From: a bacterium
GTDB lineage: Bacteria > Patescibacteriota > Minisyncoccia > UBA6257 > UBA9933
DNA length: 64,000 nt
Assembly (NCBI GenBank): GCA_021796335.1
Contig: JAJYHZ010000002.1
Location: forward strand, 29,728 to 93,727
Direction of reading: 5' to 3'
Of this stretch, positions 1 through 10,452 are shown in pieces. The position numbers and the translations under genes were made by a program. Position 1 is the first letter of the stretch; every line of letters starts with the position of its first letter. The notes under the pieces were generated by a model, which had not been told where the DNA came from, ran no database searches, and worked only from the letters and a program-made list of their open reading frames with translations.

Positions 1-100
1 TTTTGCAAATAAAAATTGTTGATAAGTCTCAAATAATCAGCATTAACGGCAATTTCTTGAGAATAAAATTAACTTGATTCTTTAAATTGAAAAAGAAATT

Positions 101-619
101 TTATCTTATTCCGGTATCAAGGCTTATGTTTAAAGTAACGGTTTGCTGCGATTCGATTGTAATAAGCTTGGGAACTTGGGAACTAAAGTCCAATCCCGCG
201 CGTTTAATATCTATCAAGTAATCTCCCGGAGGCAGATTGGTCTGATAGAATCCCGCTGAATCCAAACTAACTTCCTGAATTAATTGACTTCTGTCTTTGC
301 TAAAAACCAAAATCTTTCTGGCCGCGTACATTTCCGGAGTCGGCTTGCAAGGATTATCAACTCTTTCAACCGGACAGATCGGACCGATATTCACCTGTCC
401 CTCCAAAGTTCCCTGAAGCACATTATTTTCCAAATGATTGAAAATTTCTTGTCCATTTCCCAAATAATCGGAAGATGTATCTTGAGTTTGAGAATTATTT
501 TCAGAAGATGTTGCGGTTTGAGCTTCCTGATAATTCATCCGTACATATTCAATGCCAACGAGGACTAAAACAACTGCGATAATTATAATTGCCAATGTGC
601 TGGAGAATCCTTTTTGCAT
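101..619 (-). CDS. Surface protein with class III (prepilin-like) signal and carboxypeptidase-regulatory-like beta-sandwich
   Basis: KG|FSSTLAIIII leader; GPICPVE..C motif; DSAGFYQTNLPPGDY motif. Confidence 0.6.
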   Translation of the reverse strand: MQKGFSSTLAIIIIAVVLVLVGIEYVRMNYQEAQTATSSENNSQTQDTSSDYLGNGQEIFNHLENNVLQGTLEGQVNIGPICPVERVDNPCKPTPEMYAARKILVFSKDRSQLIQEVSLDSAGFYQTNLPPGDYLIDIKRAGLDFSSQVPKLITIESQQTVTLNISLDTGIR

Positions 620-1680
620 TATTTTATAAATTTAAAAGTGGAAATTACAGTGTTAAATGCACTTGATAAATCCTGAAAATTTTTGTAGCTAGAACCATAA
701 AAATCTCCAATTTCTAAAAGTCCATTATTAATCTTAGTATAAATTATTTCAAAATTTTGGCCATTAAAAACATAAGCGGGATACCCTTTAAAATTAGTTT
801 TGGTTAATCTACTGAAATCATCACAAGTATGACTCTTCATAAATTCATCCAAAGTAAAATTCATAGTTATATAATTTAAATCATATTTATCCACTGGCGG
901 TGGTTCAACAACCATTTGTTTTATGAAATTTACATAAATTGAAGCAACAGTACTACTTGCATCAAAAGAATGTGCAGCACCAGGAACTTTTGATGCTGTC
1001 CTGGCAAAAGAATCTTCATTATAAAAATCAATCATTGAACCATAAAATACGGGCGGCAATACCGATAATTCAGGGGAACAGAACTTTGTCGATATCTCTT
1101 CCAAAGAATTAGGATCTGCTATTGTTTTACTTTCTACAGTATTATCCCAAGTTATAGGATACTGAAATTCATAAGTATCATTTTGGTAGGTTTTTAAATT
1201 TATATTCTCATCAGCGGTTGAACTGGCCGCAGTAAATAAAGTCGTGGTAGACGTTGTCACAGTTGAAGTAGACTGCGCAGCTTCATTATTAGAAGTTGAT
1301 TGTTTCTTATAGTATTTGTAATAAGCAAAGGCTCCTGCTCCGAGGATAAGCAGAACTAAAATAACAATTCCGGAGACAAGAAGCCATTTCTTGGATTTGT
1401 TTTTCGGAGAAACCACCTGATTAACTGAATTATTATTTGTAAATTGATTTATGTTTATTTCTGGTTGGGGAGTCGGATTTGTATTTACAGGTTGATTGGT
1501 ATTCGGATTTTGGGACTGAATCGGTTGAAAAGGAAAGTTTGCGGTGTTGATTATATTAAAAGCTTCCGTAATCTGCAGATCTGAAATGCCTTTTTCTTTG
1601 AGGTATTGTTTTATGTCATCTGCAGACACTCCTCTCTTAATCTGCCTCTTTATGAAATCTATTAAAGTTTGCTGGTCCAT
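619..1680 (-). CDS. Single-TM surface protein with N/P/Q-rich linker and PsbP-like C-terminal domain
   Basis: TM ending AFAYYKYY, Thr-rich stalk, KTYQNDTYEFQYP, C-terminal ISTFKF. Confidence 0.55.
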   Translation of the reverse strand: MDQQTLIDFIKRQIKRGVSADDIKQYLKEKGISDLQITEAFNIINTANFPFQPIQSQNPNTNQPVNTNPTPQPEININQFTNNNSVNQVVSPKNKSKKWLLVSGIVILVLLILGAGAFAYYKYYKKQSTSNNEAAQSTSTVTTSTTTLFTAASSTADENINLKTYQNDTYEFQYPITWDNTVESKTIADPNSLEEISTKFCSPELSVLPPVFYGSMIDFYNEDSFARTASKVPGAAHSFDASSTVASIYVNFIKQMVVEPPPVDKYDLNYITMNFTLDEFMKSHTCDDFSRLTKTNFKGYPAYVFNGQNFEIIYTKINNGLLEIGDFYGSSYKNFQDLSSAFNTVISTFKFIK

Positions 1681-1688
1681 TAATAAAA

Positions 1689-2231
1689 TTATTGATTTAT
1701 TACCTTAAATGAATTGAGAAATTCTGTCAGACCTTTTAAATAACCGCTTGAATCTGCAAAATCTAATGGAAAATCTTGCGGACCTGATTGGTCATCGCAA
1801 AATTCATAATTTTTATTTTGACCCAAACTGGGACAAAAATCAGGCTCGTTTGGATTGGCATTTTTCATCTCTTCTTTCCATTGAGCAATGGGCGTTGCAA
1901 CTATTTGATGGATAACGTAGTAGCCGTTCTTATTGAGAAGCTGGTTTTTATCCGTAGTTGGAAGTTCAAAAGAGAATATTGTTTCGCTATTAGATTTAAG
2001 AGTTTCCATTTTATATCCTTTCCATGAATTTGGAATAGTTACTTGGAATCCATATTCAGTATTTGTGTAGATTTCTCCAGTAGTTGTGGGCTGAACAGAA
2101 ATTGACGTCGGATTTTCAGAAATATTATTTGATTTATTACCTTTACTAAACAGATAAACCCCTATTCCTATTAGGATAATTGTTAAAATTATGATTATTA
2201 TTGGCGTAAATCCCTTGTTCGAATCTTTCAT
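1689..2231 (-). CDS. Surface protein with class III-like signal and PsbP-like domain
   Basis: KG|FTPIIIII leader; YTNTEYGFQVTIP; C-terminal LNSFKV. Confidence 0.55.
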   Translation of the reverse strand: MKDSNKGFTPIIIIILTIILIGIGVYLFSKGNKSNNISENPTSISVQPTTTGEIYTNTEYGFQVTIPNSWKGYKMETLKSNSETIFSFELPTTDKNQLLNKNGYYVIHQIVATPIAQWKEEMKNANPNEPDFCPSLGQNKNYEFCDDQSGPQDFPLDFADSSGYLKGLTEFLNSFKVINQ

Positions 2232-2238
2232 TCTTGAA

Positions 2239-2790
2239 TTATTCCTTTAAATCTTTTTTTCTCAAATTTCTCAAATCCAATATCTGTTTCTGGAGATCCA
2301 TAGCTTCATTCGGACGCAAAGCCGGAATAAAGCCGACTGTGCTAAAATTTGATCTTCTCCCGTAGGCGGGCGTTCCACCCATGGGAACCGCCATAACCGA
2401 AGATAGCCCAAGGATTCTATCAATAATTCCTCTGTTTATCACCACATCCACAATCGTTTCCAAGGGCATAGATTCGGTATTATAGCCAATCAATCCCCGG
2501 GCGCTTATTATTCTGTGGTTGGTAACCCATACGGCAAATTTATTATAAGAGATAGAAGCGAAAATCACTCCGATAAGAATTATTACGAGCCAGATTATAA
2601 TGGCTATAGCCAAAAATCCCATGATATTTTGCAGTAGCGAGAAGACGAATGTTGACAGCCAAAGCGCTACAAAAATTCCTATAATTATGTAGCCTGAAAT
2701 ATATCTTAAACGGTAGCCGGTCGGCACCGGTTTTATCGTTGACTTGATCTCTTCTCCTTCGCTTAAAGAAAACGGCAATTGTGTATACAT
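2239..2790 (-). CDS. Membrane protein with bacterial PH domain (bPH_2-like)
   Basis: Two TM helices then VTNHRII..RGLIG...I.DV.INRGIIDRILG. Confidence 0.75.
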   Translation of the reverse strand: MYTQLPFSLSEGEEIKSTIKPVPTGYRLRYISGYIIIGIFVALWLSTFVFSLLQNIMGFLAIAIIIWLVIILIGVIFASISYNKFAVWVTNHRIISARGLIGYNTESMPLETIVDVVINRGIIDRILGLSSVMAVPMGGTPAYGRRSNFSTVGFIPALRPNEAMDLQKQILDLRNLRKKDLKE

Positions 2791-3083
2791 TTTGTTTTTT
2801 ATTTTTACTTTATATTTTAATTAAATAATAAAATTTGAAAATTGTACATTATAACTTATCCCCAAATAAAAAGGGCAGCGCCGAAACACTGCCCCGCTGC
2901 GAGAGACAAGAGAAGAATAATCATTTTCCAAACGAAGCTGAGTATATCCTGTCACCAAAAACTCCGTTGCCCGGGTAAATTGGCTCCTGTTTACTGGTTA
3001 GGCCAACTGCCGAAATATGACCGGCAATGCCTTTGCTAAAAATCAAGCCAAAATTATTCATCAATAACACCTGGAACTGCTGG

Positions 3084-3734
3084 CTAATCAGTCTGATGAC
3101 GGCTGAGAATAATTATTGCCGTTTCCTGCGGCAAGGATTCTTTTGTAATTTCCAAAACATCCTGGCGGGAAGGCATTATCCCGGATTTTTCGACGAATTC
3201 ATCCACGGGAGCCAGAGGGAAAACAATATTTTTTATTCCATAGTGCATGGGAATAATTATTTTCGGATGATTAAGTTGGTTGATTATCTTTATCGCGCCC
3301 TCGGCATCAATCGTAAAATCGGCCCCGCCAACGGGAATCATAAGAATATCAATGTCTTTTAATAATGCCAATTGATCGACGGTTAAAGAAGTCTGTCCGA
3401 GATCGCCGGCATGAACGATTTTAATGCCGTCGATAGAAAATGTGAAGATTAAATTTAATCCGCGTTTACTTCCTTGCTCTTCGTCGTGAAAACTTTCGAT
3501 TCCGGTAATTTCAATATTTTTATACTTAGTTATTCCGCCAGTCATGATAATTTTAGGATTTCCTTCAATAGCGGCGGCGTTGTTGTGGTCGGGATGCTGA
3601 TGGCTGATTGTTACGATATCCGCACTTAATTTCGGCAGAGTTAAACCAATTTCCGGTCCGTAAGGATCTATAATTACAGTGACGCTACCCGATCTTATTT
3701 GAAAACAAGACTGGCCATGCCATTTGATTTCCAT
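3084..3734 (-). CDS. MBL-fold metallo-hydrolase (Lactamase_B_3-like)
   Basis: WHGQSCF, ISHQHPDHN, HAGDLG, IIPMHY. Confidence 0.9.
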   Translation of the reverse strand: MEIKWHGQSCFQIRSGSVTVIIDPYGPEIGLTLPKLSADIVTISHQHPDHNNAAAIEGNPKIIMTGGITKYKNIEITGIESFHDEEQGSKRGLNLIFTFSIDGIKIVHAGDLGQTSLTVDQLALLKDIDILMIPVGGADFTIDAEGAIKIINQLNHPKIIIPMHYGIKNIVFPLAPVDEFVEKSGIMPSRQDVLEITKESLPQETAIIILSRHQTD

Positions 3735-3777
3735 ATATTAATTATATCAGAAATCAACAACGCCATTTATTATCGCT

Positions 3778-4716
3778 TTATTGCCGCGCTAAAACCAAAG
3801 ATCTGCGAATTTGATTGAACTGACTTAGCAAAGCCGTGCGGTTAAAAGGACGAACCGTACCGGCGGGATAATTCAAAATATCCGTTGAATGAATAAGATA
3901 ACGAACGGCCATGCAGGGATTTGTATCGGGCATAGCCCAAACTTCTTCATCGTAAAAATTTCCGGCGCCGGGATTGCTTGTGGTAGCAAAAGAATATTGA
4001 ACATTGTTATCAGTTATGTTTTTTATTGATGTGCCCGGATAAACAAAGGGCGTTGCGTTGCAATTTTGCGCGTTGGATAATGGGATTTCCTCCACAGATA
4101 CGCCGGTATCATAGCTGGAAAGATTAGTTCCTGTCGCGATTGAAGACGGAATGACAAACTTGACGCCGCTGATGCTTTTTTCCGGACCAAGCGCCTGATA
4201 TTTATAAGAAGCATTTACGGTGTAGCCGGCCGGATAACGGATGGAAAACCCCTTTGCGCTGCTGGCATAAACTTGAGACAAACCGCCAAGATTGGGAGCG
4301 ACTACAATACAGCCCGAATAAGTTTCAGTATTGTTTTCCAAAAGATAAGCGCTGTTCCCCTCGCCCCAGAAAATGACGGATTCATTTTTATTGGCATAAC
4401 GGATGCCGCTTCCGGAAATGGTTTGCGGCAAATCGAATTGCCGTCCGTCGCTTAAAATTATCTTCACACTTCCTGTGGGAACGGGCGGTTCTCCGGCTTT
4501 GGGGGAAGGCGAAGTTGAAGCCCCTTGATAAAAATCCGCATTAACGGCTTTGCCGTTGTCGCACGAATATGAAACCTGGTTAATGATTTTTCGGCCTGCA
4601 GCAGTTTGCGATGAAGGAGCTTGCGATGTAGAAAACTTCCCGGTATAAAAGTACCACAATCCGGCGCCTAAAATCATAATGATAATCACTAGGGCGATTA
4701 TGGCGGATCTTTTCAT
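3778..4716 (-). CDS. Exported protein with MliC-like domain
   Basis: YSCDNGK...LPQTISGSGIRYAN...FW motif; N-terminal TM. Confidence 0.7.
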   Translation of the reverse strand: MKRSAIIALVIIIMILGAGLWYFYTGKFSTSQAPSSQTAAGRKIINQVSYSCDNGKAVNADFYQGASTSPSPKAGEPPVPTGSVKIILSDGRQFDLPQTISGSGIRYANKNESVIFWGEGNSAYLLENNTETYSGCIVVAPNLGGLSQVYASSAKGFSIRYPAGYTVNASYKYQALGPEKSISGVKFVIPSSIATGTNLSSYDTGVSVEEIPLSNAQNCNATPFVYPGTSIKNITDNNVQYSFATTSNPGAGNFYDEEVWAMPDTNPCMAVRYLIHSTDILNYPAGTVRPFNRTALLSQFNQIRRSLVLARQ

Positions 4717-4786
4717 TTGTATTAATTATACCTTTTGTGCGTTTTTATTGCGAATTATCTGATCAATTTAATCAAAAATTATGCAA

Positions 4787-5242
4787 TTATTTTTGTGCTT
4801 CAGTAATTATTTTTTGTATTTGATCAAGTTCTGCATCATCCATTTTCGGCCCCTCAACAGTTGAGATATAGCCGACATATTCGGGATAAAATTCTTTATG
4901 AGAACTCCAGACTTCTGTTTCGCCGGCCAGTTCGCCGTGCAACGGATATAATTTTGCATGAACATAAGCAACGCCGGTCCCCTCAAAAACAATGGCAATA
5001 CGAGGCGTGTTAAACGCCTTCTCTAGAATTTTTGCAACTTTTCGCGAAGCTTCCATTAAATTCTGATAGTCGCTTTCATTTAGAGAAAAAATATAATCGC
5101 CGATGTTTTTCTTCGGGATGACTATTGTCATCCCCGGCGTATTGGGGAAAGGAGTCAAAAAAGCAAAATAGCTTTCATCTTCCCAAACTTTCCAGGATTT
5201 TATTTCTCCCTTTAAAATTTTGTCGAATATCGTTTCCTTCAT
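4787..5242 (-). CDS. HIT family protein
   Basis: TIFDKILKGEIKSWKVWED, PNTPGMTIVIPK, degenerate VAYVHAKLYP. Confidence 0.85.
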   Translation of the reverse strand: MKETIFDKILKGEIKSWKVWEDESYFAFLTPFPNTPGMTIVIPKKNIGDYIFSLNESDYQNLMEASRKVAKILEKAFNTPRIAIVFEGTGVAYVHAKLYPLHGELAGETEVWSSHKEFYPEYVGYISTVEGPKMDDAELDQIQKIITEAQK

Positions 5243-5314
5243 TTTTCTATTTTCGAAAAAATTTCAGATTAAAGCAAATAAAAAGCGGGGCCGTTTTCGG
5301 CCCCGCGGATTCGC

Positions 5315-6856
5315 TTACTTGCTAATGATGATATTCTGATCGTTGGCAAGTCCGCGAAAAATAGAAGATTTTTGATAAAGCTCCTCAAATGACGCGGCAA
5401 TCGCTTCGATCTGAGGCTCATCTGCGACAACGTCCTCCGAGTTGCGCAAAACAATGAATTTATTGCAGAGGTGGCGAACCGTACTTAATCTGTGCGCCAC
5501 AACCAAAGCAGTAACCGGCCCGTTTAAAATTTCGGCTAATCCCTGCTGAACCGCTTTTTCCGTGGAAGAATCGAGACTGCTCGTAGCCTCATCGATTACC
5601 ATGAATAACGGTCGCTTTATAACGGCGGCTCCTATCATAAGCCGCTGAGCCTGGCCTCCGGACAATTTAATTCCATTGCGCCCCACTATCGTATCCAATC
5701 CGTCCGTCAGTCTTGCCCCAAAATCAATTTTAAGAAGTTGCATCAAATCCCATAACTCCTTATCACTGATTTTGTCTCTGATTTCCGGCAAAAGTCCGTA
5801 AGTCAGATTATAACGGATAGTCCCGTCAAAAACCTGCGCATTTTGCGGAATATAACCGACGTGATGCATTAGGGATTCGCTTTTTATGTCGCGAAGATTA
5901 TATCCGTTTAAATAGATACTGCCCTCCTCCGGATCCATAAATCGTAAAGCCAAGCGCATCAGAGTCGTTTTACCCGCTCCGCTTGGGCCGATTATCGCCG
6001 CCTTTTCTCCGGCTTCGATTTTAAAATTAATGTTTTTTAAAACTGGAACCGGCGCCTTTCCGCAAACGTTATCATCTTCATCGGTTTCGATCGGATAAGT
6101 ATGCGAAACATCCTTGAAAGAAATTCCTATGGGATGCGTTTTGGCAATCTTCACCAGACTTGCGGAATCCAAAATATCGGGTGGAATGGATAAGGCGTCA
6201 ATCATGGCTCGAACAGCCGGCATATTCCAGTTAAGCTGATGCTCAACATGGCCGATCTGCCAGATGTTTTCGCTTACCTTTGTAGACCAGCTAAAGAGCG
6301 GATACAGAAGACCGATTGACCATTGCCTGCTCCAAACAAGCCAGGCACCGTAGATTATTATGGCCGTAAGGCCGATAACATTTACGATACCGCGCATTGT
6401 GTTTTGTTTTATATACCAAAGCCAAAAGGCGCGATCTTCTACCAAGGCCTTATCAAACCACGCAGTCATTCCAATCGTTTCCTCATTCTCCTTTCCGTTG
6501 GTCTTTACCCTTTCTATTTTGTCCCATCGCTCTGTCCTGTGCCTGTTAATTCTGCGAAATTCCGAATCAATCGGCACACAAACTTCCACAACTTTGAGGT
6601 TCAGGTAAAGCATCCAAACAAGATAAACTCCGATAACCGCAGACATAATGAGACCAGCCACACAACTTAAAGACCACAGCAAGATATAAGAAATCACAAG
6701 GGTGAGTAACTGTGGTATGCCTTCATACAAAAGCAAATCCTGCATTCCTATCAGTTTCCACCTCCCTTTGTCTATGCTTGCCATGTTAAGATAACTGCTT
6801 TGTTGCGCATGCTGGCCCAATGACTTTTCAAAGAAAAGCTCTGTTATCCGTTCGAT
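5315..6856 (-). pseudogene. ABC exporter (TMD+NBD), 5'-truncated at ~6855
   Basis: Walker A GPSGAGKT, LSGGQAQR, IDEATSSLD, VAHRLST. The part of the ORF above ~6860 is antisense of the + strand gene, so no true N-terminus is present. Confidence 0.75.
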
Positions 6857-7316
6857 AGAATTGGCTGAAGAAGCCAAACAAGAACTTTTAGCTGCAAGCA
6901 AAGACGAGAAAAATGATTTTGTTATTGGAGATATAGGTGGTGGAAGAATAAAAAAGGATGAGGTTGGAAAAATTGTAAAAATAACAAGACTCACTGCTGA
7001 AAATGCAAGAATCCTTGAAGGAACAGATGCTGTTATTATAGTTTCTAATAATCAAAAAGGCACAGAAGAATGGCGTAAATTAATTGAGTCAGGAGTTGAT
7101 CCAGAAACTGGCATTAAAATTAACAGAGATAAACCAATTAAAATAATAGGTATGTATCAGAGTATATTAGAAGGAAATGTACAGAAGGTTGCGGATGATG
7201 AAGAATCTGGAATAATTACAAATCTTGATAGAAGTAAAGCTGAAAGAAAATATAATCCTTCAATTTTTACAAACGCAATGTTTATTAGTAAGGCTATTGA
7301 AAATAAAAATAAGTAA
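6855..7316 (+). pseudogene. 5'-truncated fragment resembling the C-terminal half of the Csx3/Crn3-associated P-loop NTPase
   Basis: VIGDIGG...TAENARILEGTDAVIIVS...EEWRKL...IIGMYQSILEG...GIITNLDR pattern, recognised by eye; no Walker A and no RBS. Confidence 0.5.
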
Positions 7317-7355
7317 TTAAAAAGTCGGAAATAATAATATATTTAATTAAATTTT

Positions 7356-8612
7356 ATGGAACAATATCAATTAAAAAAAGAAAGTGTGCAACAAAGTACG
7401 CCTCAAGAATCATCTCAGGAACCTAAATTGCTTGATTTGAGTAAGGAGCTTTATGAAGGTGGAAAAGCAGATATAACGAAAATTAAGGAATATGTTGATG
7501 TGGCAAAATCTAAAGGCATTGATGAGGTTGAAAAACTTGATTTGACAGGAGGAACCATGATGGCAATTTATGGGGCGGTTTCCGCAGAGGCGGGAAAACC
7601 GGAATCAAAGGTTAAAGAGTTTGCTTTTAATAATCCCGCAAGGGAAGGAAGGGTTATTTTATGGTCAGAAAAAATAGAAAGTGAATCTCCAGAGAAACCA
7701 TCAAAATCATTGATGACGGAAGCGCCGACGTCTAATCTTGATCCTGACGCGCCTATGGAAGTTTTAGATTTGAGGCTGACTTTTTCAGATGATCCTGAAA
7801 TGATGCAACAAATGGCTGATCCTAAAAAAGCGGAAGAATATATGAAGGAAGTTATTGGACAGTTAAGGGAAATAAAAAGCGAAGGTAAAACTGTTGTCAG
7901 AATAACTGGAATTCCAATGTGGCTTTCTCAAGGTGCTTATTTTGCTGCGGCAAGAGAAAATTTGGAAAAAATAATTAGCTATACATTAAGCAGCGAGATG
8001 GTTATTTATGATAAAAATAATCCGGAATTAGTAGGAAAAGCCGAAACAAAAACTCCTAAGGAAATTGAAATAGACCTTAGCGATAAGGAAATTAAAGATA
8101 TTGATTCTGTTAATTCAGGTCGCGCATTACAAGAATTATTGGGCGAAGGAATTTCGCGAAATAAAATAGAATTGGCTAATTTGAATTTAGATAAAATTCC
8201 GGCTCCAGTGGCCCTAAGAATTTTTGACAGTTTTCATTCATTCTCTGGATCGTTGAAATTGGCTGGAGTAGAAGTATTCCAGCATATAGATTTTCGTATT
8301 CCAGATCTTGTACCGAAAACAAAACAAAATAATCCTGATCTTTTGCCTAAAGAAGAAAGGACTCCTGTTGTGTTAAATATCCATGAAGCATTAGAAGGGA
8401 ATAAAGATGATCAAGATAAAGTAATATTATCATTAGCAAAAGAAGCTGTTAATAAAGCGAACAAATTAACTTTTATTGGTATTACATCGCCATTGGAACT
8501 TGCTATCGCTGGCAAAATTGTTCATGCTGCGCACGGTATGATCGAAGAATTAGATTATCAGAATGAAAGTGATAAAGAGCCAATTGTGATAAAATCCTGG
8601 AAAGCAGAATAA
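7356..8612 (+). CDS. Hypothetical protein, possibly four tandem Csx3/Crn3-like domains
   Basis: 418 aa ORF with repeated strand-G..P-helix segments (LDLTGGTMMAIYG, VRITGIPMWL, NLDKIPAPVAL..FH, FIGITSPLEL..VHAAH). Confidence 0.45.
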   Translation: MEQYQLKKESVQQSTPQESSQEPKLLDLSKELYEGGKADITKIKEYVDVAKSKGIDEVEKLDLTGGTMMAIYGAVSAEAGKPESKVKEFAFNNPAREGRVILWSEKIESESPEKPSKSLMTEAPTSNLDPDAPMEVLDLRLTFSDDPEMMQQMADPKKAEEYMKEVIGQLREIKSEGKTVVRITGIPMWLSQGAYFAAARENLEKIISYTLSSEMVIYDKNNPELVGKAETKTPKEIEIDLSDKEIKDIDSVNSGRALQELLGEGISRNKIELANLNLDKIPAPVALRIFDSFHSFSGSLKLAGVEVFQHIDFRIPDLVPKTKQNNPDLLPKEERTPVVLNIHEALEGNKDDQDKVILSLAKEAVNKANKLTFIGITSPLELAIAGKIVHAAHGMIEELDYQNESDKEPIVIKSWKAE

Positions 8613-8626
8613 GAAAATTAATTCTA

Positions 8627-8670
8627 TTAAATAAAATACCTATGGTGTTTCCATAGGTATTTTATTTAAT
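8627..8670. terminator. Bidirectional intrinsic terminator
   Basis: aaataaaatacctatgg-tgttt-ccataggtattttattt between convergent ORF and tRNA. Confidence 0.75.
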
Positions 8671-8706
8671 TATATGTGTCTCGTGCGTTTTGAACGGAGC
8701 ACGACT

Positions 8707-8780
8707 TGGCTGCCGGACTTGGATTCGAACCAAGATGAACGGATTCAGAGTCCGCTATCCTACCATTAGATGATCCGGCA
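8707..8780 (-). tRNA. tRNA-Gln(CTG)
   Basis: Revcomp TGCCGGATCATCTAATGGTAGGATAGCGGA-CTCTGAA-TCCGTTCATCTTGGTTCGAATCCAAGTCCGGCAGCCA; cloverleaf with encoded CCA. Confidence 0.95.
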
Positions 8781-8866
8781 ATAAAATTAAATTTATGCTA
8801 AAATCGCGGATTTTTCAACTAAAAAAAGGCGCCACGAATGTGGCGCCATTTTATTTTTTTCTGCAT

Positions 8867-9706
8867 TTACGAATTCTCAAGCTCTACGAGCTCGTTGATG
8901 AACTCGTAACTGCAGTAACACTTTTTTGAATCAAAAGTGTCAGGGAGGTTGGCGATGATTTCGGTTATGAGGTCCGGTACAGCGGCCTTCATCTTTTCCA
9001 TCATGGCATAAACTTCGTTTTCGTCCGGCCTGGCATTTTTGATGCCAGTTGCATAATTGGTAAGGAAGCAGATGCTTGCGTAATGCAAGCCTGCTTCCCT
9101 GGCAAGAGCGGCTTCGGGATGCAGCGTCATACTGACATAATCGCACCTCATTACCTGCAATGCCTTTACTTCGGCAGCGGTTTCAAATCGCGGCCCGTTT
9201 GTAACCGCAACGACACCCCCCGACATTGTCGGAATTTTTAACCGGGCCGCGGCCTTATATATGGTGTCCCGAATCTGCGGACAAAAAGGGCTGCTCATGT
9301 TGACGTGAGTCGCTTTCATAAGCACTTCCTTGCCTTTTCTTTTTATAATCTGGCCGTCAAAAAAAGTCTCCGGCCGACCATAACAGAATAAAGTGTTCAG
9401 ATCATCGGGCGTGGCAAGCCAACCGAGGTCAATGGCCGGATTAAGTACGCCAACGGCATTGAATGCGATAACCGCATCAACGCCAATTTTTTTAAGGGCA
9501 AGAATATTTGCCCTGTAGTTGACCTCATGAGGCGGCACTATGTGGTCTTCGCCGTGCCTGCTCAGAAAGTAAACCTGAGTTCCTTTTATGATTATTTCCT
9601 TCAGCATAACAAGCTTATCAGAAAAGCTTGTTATAATCCCACGCGGCAAAGAATCTGCCGCGAAATTCTTTTCAATACCTGTTCCCCCTATGATGCCTAT
9701 CTTCAT
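8867..9706 (-). CDS. mtnP: MTAP-family purine nucleoside phosphorylase
   Basis: IGIIGGTG, RHG..H.VPPHEVNYRANI, GPRFETAAE, MTLHPEAALARE; SD AGGAGG. Confidence 0.9.
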   Translation of the reverse strand: MKIGIIGGTGIEKNFAADSLPRGIITSFSDKLVMLKEIIIKGTQVYFLSRHGEDHIVPPHEVNYRANILALKKIGVDAVIAFNAVGVLNPAIDLGWLATPDDLNTLFCYGRPETFFDGQIIKRKGKEVLMKATHVNMSSPFCPQIRDTIYKAAARLKIPTMSGGVVAVTNGPRFETAAEVKALQVMRCDYVSMTLHPEAALAREAGLHYASICFLTNYATGIKNARPDENEVYAMMEKMKAAVPDLITEIIANLPDTFDSKKCYCSYEFINELVELENS

Positions 9707-9805
9707 TTTTAACCTCCTAAAATTTATTAAAATTCTAATATCTTAAATAACTTTTATCGGGCTAAAAGTCAAACGGTTGTATTATTGGAAAATAAATCCA
9801 ACTCT

Positions 9806-9880
9806 TCATTCTAATCCCGCCGGTTAACAGGCGAAGAATCTTTCATGCTTTTCGAGATCCTTCGCTTCGCTCAGGATGAC
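9806..9880. repeat. REP-like bulged hairpin (GAGATCCTTCGCTTCGCTCAGGATGAC type) with degenerate left arm
   Basis: tcattct...gcgaagaatct / gagatccttcgcttcgctcaggatgac. Confidence 0.6.
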
Positions 9881-10026
9881 GAAAATAATAATTTATCCTT
9901 TCCGAACAATAATAAATTAAATTCTTAAGGATATTTAAAAATGCTATAATTATATTTAGGTAGTGTGCATAGAAACAAAAAAGCCCCTCACAGGCTTTTT
10001 TGTTTTTTAAATTTAAATTTTGAAGA

Positions 10027-10452
10027 CTATCTCGTAACCGAAATTGGGTTGGTAACTTCTCCGGTTGCGCCAACAGTCGTTCTCCTGGTAGTCGGATCGT
10101 AAACCACGCTGTATCCTGTCGCAGTCGAAGTTCCGGTTGACGGATCCATGGGCATGACGGAGATATATGTCGGAACAATACACGGCTCTATATTATAATT
10201 ATTTGCTCCGCTTCCCAATTCCATTGTGGTGGTAGGTAATGCGCCTGCTCCGCAGGTGAAATTACCGTGATTGTCAACCATATTCTGGCCGATAGCATTC
10301 AAGATCGAGTTAACATTGCTCCATCTCTGCGTATCGCGCGCCTGGGCAAACTGCCTTGCCGGGTTAATGGCAACAATGACGACACCCGCCAAAATGGCGA
10401 TGATACCGATAACAACCAACAATTCGATCAATGTAAAACCTTTGTTTCTCAT
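10027..10452 (-). CDS. Type IV pilin, copy 1
   Basis: KG|FTLIELLVVIGII; followed by terminator hairpin ~9974-10005. Confidence 0.9.
   Translation of the reverse strand: MRNKGFTLIELLVVIGIIAILAGVVIVAINPARQFAQARDTQRWSNVNSILNAIGQNMVDNHGNFTCGAGALPTTTMELGSGANNYNIEPCIVPTYISVMPMDPSTGTSTATGYSVVYDPTTRRTTVGATGEVTNPISVTR

Noticed and set aside
6857-6994. Apparent N-terminus of the 559-aa ABC transporter ORF
   Set aside because: It is the antisense reading of the + strand gene
8613-8780. Integrative element att site at tRNA-Gln
   Set aside because: No duplicated tRNA 3' end and no integrase seen
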